Origin: Terriglobia bacterium
Lineage (GTDB): Bacteria > Acidobacteriota > Terriglobia > JAJPHL01
Reading direction: 5' to 3'
Assembly: GCA_021325275.1 (NCBI GenBank)
Contig: JAJPHL010000031.1
Location: forward strand, 5,096 to 69,095
Length of the DNA: 64,000 nt
The notes below the pieces were generated by a model. The model was given only the letters and a program-made list of their open reading frames with translations. It made no database searches and was not told where the DNA came from. Numbering within the stretch: position 1 is the first letter of the stretch; every line of letters begins with the position of its first letter. Positions 56,980 through 64,000 of this stretch are shown one piece after another. The position numbers were made by a program, and so were the translations under genes.

Positions 56980-58049
56980 GCGTTTCCTTTTTCAAAAACG
57001 TGGATGGCGGCGCGCGGCAAGGCCAGCGCGGCGCGGCGTGAGGATGAAAGGCCGAGCTCCGCATATTTTTCGCGCGATACTTCGCAATCCAAATCGCCCA
57101 GATCGGCAATGTGAAACGTAAGACGCACGCTGGAGGGCAATCGCGCTTCGCTCACCAGGTCGGCGATCACTTGGTTTTCCGCCGCTGGACCAATGCGGAC
57201 CGCATGCGGTGGAATGCAAAACTCCACGCGATCGTTCCGCAGGCGTCCCGGCAAATAATCGACGGCCAGCGTGACGTGGCCGGCACGCAGGCGGGAAATA
57301 CCGGCGCCGGGATCAAGATGCTCGATCGTCGCCGGAAAAACATTGCCGTATCCCAACAATCGCGCCACGGCGGCGTCGCGTGGCGCGGCAAAGATCGCTT
57401 CCGCCGATCCTTGCTGCACGATTTTTCCGCCGCGATAAATCACCAGGCGTTCGCCGAGGCGAAAGCTTTCGTCACGGTCATGCGTCACCAACAAAATCGG
57501 AATGCGGTATTCCTCCAGGACCCGGCCGAGAATCCAATAAAGGTCGGCCCGCAGTTCGGCATCGAGTCCGCGCGCCGGCTCGTCCAGCAACAAGAGGCGC
57601 GGACTCGCGGCCAGCGCGCGCGCGATCGCCACGCGTTGCTTCTCGCCGCCCGAGAGCCCGCGCGGATCGCGCGACGCCAGCGGGGTCAAGTGAAAAGCCT
57701 CGAGCAGCGCGTGACAACGCCGCCACCTTTCGATCGCGCCCATGCGGGCGAGCGGAAACAGCAGATTCTCCTCGACGGTCATGTGCGGAAACACGGCGTC
57801 GTTCTGAAAAACGTAGCCGACTCCGCGCAGGCGCGCCGGCAAATGCACGCCGCGCTGCGCGTCAAACAGGATTTCGCCGCCCAGCAGAATCCGTCCGGCA
57901 TCGGGACGAACAAGTCCCGCGATGGAGTTGAGCGTCAGCGTCTTCCCTGCTCCGCTCGGTCCGAACAAAACGGTAAGGCCTGGCTCGCAGTTCAACTCCA
58001 CGTCGAGTTGAAATCCCGCAAACGATTTCGCGACGGCGGCGGAGAGCAT
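56976..58049 (-). CDS. modC: Molybdate ABC transporter ATP-binding protein
   Basis: GPSGAGKT, LSGGEKQR, LLDEP, TOBE-like tail; follows modB. Confidence 0.85.
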   Translation of the reverse strand: MLSAAVAKSFAGFQLDVELNCEPGLTVLFGPSGAGKTLTLNSIAGLVRPDAGRILLGGEILFDAQRGVHLPARLRGVGYVFQNDAVFPHMTVEENLLFPLARMGAIERWRRCHALLEAFHLTPLASRDPRGLSGGEKQRVAIARALAASPRLLLLDEPARGLDAELRADLYWILGRVLEEYRIPILLVTHDRDESFRLGERLVIYRGGKIVQQGSAEAIFAAPRDAAVARLLGYGNVFPATIEHLDPGAGISRLRAGHVTLAVDYLPGRLRNDRVEFCIPPHAVRIGPAAENQVIADLVSEARLPSSVRLTFHIADLGDLDCEVSREKYAELGLSSSRRAALALPRAAIHVFEKGNA

Positions 58050-58738
58050 TATTCCTCGCTCCTTCCCAGCCGATTCACAACATACAACACAATCCCCGCC
58101 ACCGCCGCGATCACAATCGAGAGCGTCCGCGCCAGGGCGCCGTTGCCCGATTCCACCGCGTCGTAAATCGCCACGGCGAGGGTCTGCGTGCGGCCGGGAA
58201 TGTTTCCCGCGATCATGATGGTCACGCCGAAATCGCCGAGCGATCGCGCGAACGCGAAGACCGCCGCCGCGAGAATCGAGCGTCGCGCCAGCGGCAAGGT
58301 CACGCGCAGAAACACGCGCCACTCCGGCGCACCGAGTGTGCGCGCGGCCTGCGCGAACGACGCGTCGACGCTTTCCAGCGCCGCCCGCGCCGATTTCACG
58401 AGCAGCGGAAAACTGTGGACCACCGCCGCCACCACCGCCGCTTGCCACGTGAACACCAGCGGCGCGCCCCAAAAAGCTTCGTGCCAGCGGCCCAGAAACG
58501 AATCGCGCCCCAGCACGACCAGCAAGTAGTATCCCAACACCGTCGGCGGAAGCACGATGGGCAGCGTAATCACGGCGTCGAGCAATTCTTTCCCGCGAAA
58601 TTCAAAGTTGGCCAAACAGTACGCCGCAAGTAAACCGAAAACAACGGAGATGACCGTCGCGAGGGCGGCCACGCGCAAGGATAGCCAGAGCGGAAACCAA
58701 TCGACCTGCGTGAGCGTTTGGAAAAATCCGGAAGGCAC
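58049..58738 (-). CDS. modB: Molybdate ABC transporter permease
   Basis: LPIVLPPTVLGYYLL, AFARSLGDFG.T.MIAGNIPGRTQT; start approximate. Confidence 0.92.
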   Translation of the reverse strand: MPSGFFQTLTQVDWFPLWLSLRVAALATVISVVFGLLAAYCLANFEFRGKELLDAVITLPIVLPPTVLGYYLLVVLGRDSFLGRWHEAFWGAPLVFTWQAAVVAAVVHSFPLLVKSARAALESVDASFAQAARTLGAPEWRVFLRVTLPLARRSILAAAVFAFARSLGDFGVTIMIAGNIPGRTQTLAVAIYDAVESGNGALARTLSIVIAAVAGIVLYVVNRLGRSEE

Positions 58739-58809
58739 GTAGGAATATACCCACGGGATTATATCGCGCCCAGTGCTGCACAAACACTAGCCAAACGCCG
58801 GCGGTCTTG

Positions 58810-58885
58810 TTTAACGCAGAGGACGCAGAGGGACGCAGAGAACGACAAGATTGTCTCTGCGCTTCTCTGCGTCCTCTGCGTTAAA
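58810..58885. repeat. Gene-less copy of the CGCAGAG inverted-repeat element
   Basis: TTTAACGCAGAGGACGCAGAGGGACGCAGAG...CTCTGCGCTTCTCTGCGTCCTCTGCGTTAAA. Confidence 0.75.
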
Positions 58886-58964
58886 AGAAGAGCGCCGGCC
58901 TCCGGCTAACGTACCAGGCGTGGAACTCAGGCCGGTTTTTCCAGTCGCGGTATAATCGAGTCGA

Positions 58965-59570
58965 GTGCTGCGCGAAGGCTACCAATACGGTGCGGGATTC
59001 GGCGCGGCGGCGCTGTTGATCGGATTTTTGCTGAATCCTTGGTGGGCCTTGCCGCTGGTCGCCGTGGGATTGTTTGTCATGTTCTTTTTTCGCGACCCCG
59101 CGCGCGACGTTCCCGCCGATCCCGGCATTGCCGTTTCACCCGCCGACGGAAAAGTAATGGAAGTAAAACCCGTCGACGGCGGACGCCGCCGAATCAGCAT
59201 TTTTCTTTCACCGCTCAACGTCCACGTGAATCGATCGCCGGTGGCGGGGCGCGTCACGCACGTGGAATATTCGCCGGGGCGTTTTCACGCCGCTTGGAAA
59301 GAGGAAGCGTCGGTGGAAAACGAACGCAACACTATTACTGTCGCAACGGAGTCGGGCGACGTGGTGTTTAAGCAAATCGCCGGCGCATTGGCGCGAAGAG
59401 TGGTCTGCTGGAAACACGACGGCGAGACGGTGAATCGCGGCGAAAAAATCGGTTTGATGAAATTCAGTTCGCGCATGGACGTTTTTTTCGATCACACTTG
59501 GGACATCAAGGTCGGCGCCGGTGAAGTGGTGCAAGGCGGCGTGACGATCATCGCGCGCCGCGTCACATAG
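58965..59570 (+). CDS. psd: Phosphatidylserine decarboxylase (short type)
   Basis: FFRDP, SPADGKV, SIFLSPLNVHVNRSP, KFSSRMD; adjacent to pssA. Confidence 0.9.
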   Translation: MLREGYQYGAGFGAAALLIGFLLNPWWALPLVAVGLFVMFFFRDPARDVPADPGIAVSPADGKVMEVKPVDGGRRRISIFLSPLNVHVNRSPVAGRVTHVEYSPGRFHAAWKEEASVENERNTITVATESGDVVFKQIAGALARRVVCWKHDGETVNRGEKIGLMKFSSRMDVFFDHTWDIKVGAGEVVQGGVTIIARRVT

Positions 59571-59585
59571 AGGGAGGCACACAAG

Positions 59586-60419
59586 ATGAAAGCTCCGCGA
59601 CGATTGAAGCGAGGCGCATTTCTGATTCCGAGCCTCTTGACCACCGCCAACATGGCGCTGGGATTTTACGCGCTCATCCAAGCCGTGCGCGGGTATACGC
59701 TCGGCGTGGCGGGCGCGCAGTCTTTCGATCGCAGCGCGGTGGCCATCGGCTGGGCGATTCTTTTCGACGGCTGGGACGGCCGCGCCGCGCGCCTGATGAA
59801 CGCCACCAGCGACTTCGGACGCGAGCTCGATTCCCTCGCCGATTGCATTACCTTCGGACTCGCGCCGGCGTTTCTCGCGTATGCCTGGGGAATCGCGGCG
59901 GTCGATCCACACACCGCGGGACCGTTTGCCGAACACTTGCATCGCGCGGGCCTGGTGATTTGTTTCCTGTTTCTCGTCTGCGGCGCGGCAAGACTCGCGC
60001 GCTTCAATATTTCTCACGACCCGATTCCCGCCAATCCCGGCAAGCCCGGCAAGAAATATTTCGTCGGACTCGCCATTCCCGCGGGCGCCGGCGTGATCGC
60101 GGCGATCGTACACTACGAAAACGGTCAGGTGAACGATTGGGTCGGCTGGCCGGTGATGTGGATGGCCATCGTGCTGGGCACCGCGCTATTGATGGTCAGC
60201 ACGTGGCGCTACTACAGCTTTAAGGACATCCATTTCAATCGCGTCAACATTGTGTTGATCGCCGCGGTTTTCGGAGCGATCTATTTCAACTCGGAAATCG
60301 TGTTGCTGCTGATCGCCGTGATCTACACGGGATCGGGCGTGGTCTTGCGCGTGGCGCACATGTTCCGGCGCCGCCCGCATCCGCAGGCGGAACTCACACC
60401 CGCGGAGCACACGCAATGA
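59586..60419 (+). CDS. pssA: CDP-diacylglycerol--serine O-phosphatidyltransferase
   Basis: DGWDGRAAR..SDFG.ELDSLAD CDP-alcohol motif; RLARFN. Confidence 0.9.
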   Translation: MKAPRRLKRGAFLIPSLLTTANMALGFYALIQAVRGYTLGVAGAQSFDRSAVAIGWAILFDGWDGRAARLMNATSDFGRELDSLADCITFGLAPAFLAYAWGIAAVDPHTAGPFAEHLHRAGLVICFLFLVCGAARLARFNISHDPIPANPGKPGKKYFVGLAIPAGAGVIAAIVHYENGQVNDWVGWPVMWMAIVLGTALLMVSTWRYYSFKDIHFNRVNIVLIAAVFGAIYFNSEIVLLLIAVIYTGSGVVLRVAHMFRRRPHPQAELTPAEHTQ

Positions 60420-60946
60420 GCCGCCTTCTTGCGATTCCCGCCGTCGCCGCGCTGATGGTTTGCGCCGCGTGCGGGTACCACGTTGTGGGAACGGCGGGCA
60501 ACACCATCCCCAAGACCGTGCAAGTGATCGATGTGCCGACGTTCAAGAACTCCACCAACGCCTTCAAGCTCGAACAGCGCCTCACCGCCGCCGTGGTACG
60601 CGAGTTGCAGACCCGCACGCAATACAAGGTGCGCTACTCGGAAGATACCACCGGCGCCGACGCGATCTTGCGCGGCACGGTGTTCGCGTTTTCGTCCAAT
60701 TCGTTGATTTACGATCCCACCATCGGCCGTGCGACAACGGCACAGATCAACGTGCGCATGCGCGTTCAACTGTTCGACGCGAAGACCAACAAAGTGCTGT
60801 ACCAAAACCTCGACCTGAGTTTCCGCGATCAGTACGAAATCTCGGGACAAGCTTCGGCCTACTTCGACGAAAGCTCTCCCGCCGCCGATCGCTTGAGCAA
60901 ATCGTTGGCCGCGACGGTGGTCGCGGGAATTCTTTCCGGCTTCTGA
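60416..60946 (+). CDS. lptE: LPS assembly lipoprotein LptE family
   Basis: Lipobox AACGY; position upstream of holA. Confidence 0.8.
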   Translation: MSRLLAIPAVAALMVCAACGYHVVGTAGNTIPKTVQVIDVPTFKNSTNAFKLEQRLTAAVVRELQTRTQYKVRYSEDTTGADAILRGTVFAFSSNSLIYDPTIGRATTAQINVRMRVQLFDAKTNKVLYQNLDLSFRDQYEISGQASAYFDESSPAADRLSKSLAATVVAGILSGF

Positions 60947-60954
60947 CGCGCCAA

Positions 60955-61923
60955 ATGAAACTTGACGCCTTTCTTCGCGACGCCTCTAAAGGAAAGTTCG
61001 CGCCGGTCTATTTGCTGACGGGCAGCGAAGTATTTTTTCGCGACAAGTTTCGCGAAGCGCTGCAGAGGTTTTTCCTCGGCGATTCGGGCGAACTGGTCGA
61101 TCACGATCTCGGCGAAATAGCGGTGCGCGATGCCCTCGACGACGCGGCCACGCTGGGACTCTTCGCGACCAAACGCGCCGTCTGGCTGCGCAACGCCGAC
61201 GCGATCTTGCCGCGGCGCGAAGGCGCGGCTTCCGGGCGGCATTCCCCCGAGGCCATCGCGGGATACATGGCGCGTCCCAACGATCGAAGCGTGGTGGTGT
61301 TCGAATCGCGCGTTGACGACAAGGACAAAGCCACGCGTCTTGAAAAACTCTTGGCCGGATGTACGGTCGTGGAGTTGGAACGTCCGCCGGCGGCGGAGTC
61401 CGCGAAATATCTGGTGGAAGATGCGCGGCGCGACGGCGTGACGTTTGAGCAACGCGCCGCGCTCGAGCTGATCGAATCGACGGGTGGTGATTTAGCACGC
61501 GCCCGCATGGAATTGCAAAAGCTGATGACCTATGCGGCGGGGAAAAAATCCCTGGGACTGGAAGAAGTGCGCGCGCTGGTGCCCGCCGAGCCCGTGTACA
61601 TCATTTGGGAACTCGGCGATTCCATCGGCCGCCGCGATCCCGCGGGCGCGCTCGAACGCCTGGAAGCGCTGATGCGCGAGGGTCACAGCGCGATCCCCAC
61701 ACTGGGGCTGATCGCGGGACATGTCCGACGCATGATCAAAGCGAAAGCGGGATCGCAACAATGGATGCCGCCGGAAATCAAGAAGCAAGCCGAAAAAGTT
61801 CCGATGAAAGACTTGTTGAAAGCGCTCGAACGTCTGCATCAAGCCGACATCGAGTTGCGTTCCTCGCCCCCCGACGATCGCTTAGTGCTGGAGCGCTTGG
61901 TCTTGGATTTGGCAAGGAGGTGA
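60955..61923 (+). CDS. holA: DNA polymerase III subunit delta
   Basis: APVYLL.G.E.F, LGLF, G.DL..A.MEL.KL..Y, LE.LV. Confidence 0.88.
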   Translation: MKLDAFLRDASKGKFAPVYLLTGSEVFFRDKFREALQRFFLGDSGELVDHDLGEIAVRDALDDAATLGLFATKRAVWLRNADAILPRREGAASGRHSPEAIAGYMARPNDRSVVVFESRVDDKDKATRLEKLLAGCTVVELERPPAAESAKYLVEDARRDGVTFEQRAALELIESTGGDLARARMELQKLMTYAAGKKSLGLEEVRALVPAEPVYIIWELGDSIGRRDPAGALERLEALMREGHSAIPTLGLIAGHVRRMIKAKAGSQQWMPPEIKKQAEKVPMKDLLKALERLHQADIELRSSPPDDRLVLERLVLDLARR

Positions 61924-61927
61924 AAAG

Positions 61928-62044
61928 CGAGTTCCGAGGCTCCGAGTTCCGAGTTCCGAGTGGAAGGGGAGGCCCCTTTTGCCTTTTGCCTTTTGCCTTT
62001 TGCCTTTTGATTTTTGATTTTTGATTTCGTATCTCGTATCTAGT
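61928..62044. repeat. Composite heptamer repeat tract with small hairpin
   Basis: (CGAGTTC)~4, AGGGG-AGG-CCCCT, (CCTTTTG)x5, (ATTTTTG)x2, ATTTCGT, ATCTCGT, ATCTAGT. Confidence 0.85.
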
Positions 62045-62360
62045 ACTTCCCCATCCCCGGATCAATCTCCTCCGCCCACGCGTGAATCCCGCCCGTGAGA
62101 TTCCTCGCGGAAACGCCTTGACTGCGCAGCCAGTTGACGGCACGCAAACTGCGTCCGCCGTGATGGCAATGCACGACGATCTCGCGCGTTTCTTTCTTCA
62201 AATCGTCGAGCGATTCCGGGACTTGGCGCAGCGGAATCAGTTTCGCGCCGGGGATGGCGCAACGCTCGTTTTCCCACGGCTCGCGCACGTCCACTACCAG
62301 CGGCGGATTGGCGGAGTCCATTTTTTCTTTCAGTTCTTGAACGCTGATTTCGATGTCCAT
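62040..62360 (-). CDS. Rhodanese-like sulfurtransferase
   Basis: VDVREPWE, HCHHGGRS, NLTGGIHAW. Confidence 0.9.
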   Translation of the reverse strand: MDIEISVQELKEKMDSANPPLVVDVREPWENERCAIPGAKLIPLRQVPESLDDLKKETREIVVHCHHGGRSLRAVNWLRSQGVSARNLTGGIHAWAEEIDPGMGKY

Positions 62361-62482
62361 GATGATCAGTTCATCATAGTGCATGCTTACTTGGATACAC
62401 CGGCGATTTTCCGCGTGCTCGCGCGCCGGGAAGCGATATTCTCAACCAAGCGGCGCGCCCCACCGCGCCACGAAACGGCATC

Positions 62483-64000
62483 ATGGCTGAGCAATCTGCA
62501 TCCGCCGAGCATCAACGATCCCGCATGGTGCGATGGGCCGCACTCGCGGGAGTGGTGTTGCTGGCCGCCGCGATCGGATATTTCCTGGGACTCACGCTCC
62601 CGGCGGCAGCGATCGATCGCGCCTTCGACGATTACTGTGTGCTGCAAACGGCGCGCGGCATGTCGTGGTTGGCGCCGCGCGTGAAGCCCGCCGCGATCAC
62701 GCTTGTGGCGGTCGATCCCGCCACCTCCGAGCTGCTGAACAAGCCGCGGATGTTGTGGCCCGCCGAATTCGGCGAAGTGATCCAAGGCGCGGCGTCCGGC
62801 GGCGCGACGGCGATCGCGCTCGATGAGCCGTTCGAATCGCCGGTGACGCGCTGGGACGAGGCCGCCGATCCGCTGTTTTTCCAGGCCTACACGCAAGTCG
62901 CGCGGCCGCAGTTGCACGTGTACCTGGCGTACAATCGCGCGCAGCGTCCGCAACCGAGTCAGGATTCCCTGCCCGTCTACGCGCAAGCGGCGAGCGACGG
63001 CAATCTCGTTTCCACGCGACTCACACCCGATGCCGATGGTTTGGTTCGCGAACTTTCGAGCACGGGCACCGCCTCGCTCGTTCCTCCGTTGGCGTTCTCA
63101 CTGGCGAATAGTCCCGTGCTTCGCGACGCGGTGCGCATCCGCTACTACGGGCTTCCGCGCCAAGCGTTCCCCAGCGTCAGCATGGCGGATGTGCTGGGCG
63201 CGGCGCGCGCCAACGATCGCGGACGGCTCAACTCGTGGTTCAGCGGACGGATCGTACTGATCGGCGGAAGCGAATCGAACAATGGAACGCCCGTGGGACT
63301 GATGTCGAACGTGGAAATTCAAGCGCACACAATTTCCACGATTCAGCAGCACGACTCACCGCAGGCGGCTTCGGCGGCGTTGCAATGGATGTTGGTGGCC
63401 GGCGCCGGGCTTTTGGGTGCGGCCGCCGTCTACTTCCTGCGCTGGTATTTCAGCGGACCCGTTGTCGTGTTCCTGGGCGCGTTGGTGCTGGCCGCGGTGC
63501 TCGCGGCGAATGCGCGTGGCGTGATCTTGCACGCGACGGGCGCGGAACTCGCCATCGTTTTCGCCGCGCTCGGCGCCGCTGCGGTCATTTCCACCGCACC
63601 CCAGCATCGCGACATTCTGTTGCGCAACGCGTTTGCCGCGCGCGTTTCGCCGGCGGTACTTGGCGTGGTCCTCGACGGCGAAACTTTACCTGCGGAAGCC
63701 GAGCGCCGCGACGTCACGGTGATGTTGTGCAATGTGCGCGGATTCGCGGTGCAGGTTCCCTCCGCCGATCCGCCAGAGTTGCTGCGCGCCGTGAACGAAT
63801 ACGTCGATCAAATGGGCGAATGCATCTTGCGTCACGGCGGATTTGTGCAGCAACTGATGGGCGATCGCATCCTCGCGGTGTTCGGCGCGCCGGCGCGCCT
63901 TCCGAATCACTCGCACCGCGCGGTGGTGTGCGCGATGGAAATGCTCACGCGCATGGACCTCTTGAATGAACGCCGGAGCATCAGCCAAAAAGATCCGTGG
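62483..64000 (+). CDS. CHASE2-domain class III cyclase-like protein (3' partial; not in ORF track)
   Basis: Manual translation: TM, ITLVAVD..WP..GATAIALD, DADG.VR, VEIQAH (CHASE2), further TMs, then RRDVTVMLCNVRGF..MGDRILAVFGAP. Confidence 0.85.
   Translation, partial: MAEQSASAEHQRSRMVRWAALAGVVLLAAAIGYFLGLTLPAAAIDRAFDDYCVLQTARGMSWLAPRVKPAAITLVAVDPATSELLNKPRMLWPAEFGEVIQGAASGGATAIALDEPFESPVTRWDEAADPLFFQAYTQVARPQLHVYLAYNRAQRPQPSQDSLPVYAQAASDGNLVSTRLTPDADGLVRELSSTGTASLVPPLAFSLANSPVLRDAVRIRYYGLPRQAFPSVSMADVLGAARANDRGRLNSWFSGRIVLIGGSESNNGTPVGLMSNVEIQAHTISTIQQHDSPQAASAALQWMLVAGAGLLGAAAVYFLRWYFSGPVVVFLGALVLAAVLAANARGVILHATGAELAIVFAALGAAAVISTAPQHRDILLRNAFAARVSPAVLGVVLDGETLPAEAERRDVTVMLCNVRGFAVQVPSADPPELLRAVNEYVDQMGECILRHGGFVQQLMGDRILAVFGAPARLPNHSHRAVVCAMEMLTRMDLLNERRSISQKDPW

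Overview
GC-rich bacterial chromosomal segment, most likely from an Acidobacteriota member (Bryobacteraceae/Solibacter-like). This is inferred from a TIGR03435-type protein and two TIGR03437-type C-terminal domain proteins. About 55 genes are present: a MocR regulator, an SPFH/RHH/DUF3592 membrane operon, large secreted multi-domain proteins, RND efflux, a two-component system with a frameshifted regulator, carbohydrate enzymes, three toxin-antitoxin loci (one truncated), ada, sthA, modBC-fmdE and psd-pssA-lptE-holA. Most notable: (1) tRNA-Sec about 1 kb from a CxxC redoxin whose UGA 'stop' is followed by GAKN-stop and a SECIS-like hairpin, i.e. a probable unannotated selenoprotein; (2) divergent from it, behind a perfect CRP-type box, a porin-cytochrome electron conduit (decaheme, Cys-loop beta-barrel, monoheme c, NapC/NirT) with no MtrC; (3) a large soluble class III cyclase with non-canonical base-specificity residues; (4) a NYN nuclease with T-P-x-H-G repeats and four wHTH-like repeats, coupled to an internally duplicated deoxyhypusine synthase-like gene; (5) an inverted-repeat element carrying a deleted GxxExxY gene plus an 'empty' copy, a REP doublet and drifting heptamer arrays. 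All family calls come from motif recognition by eye; no database searches were run.
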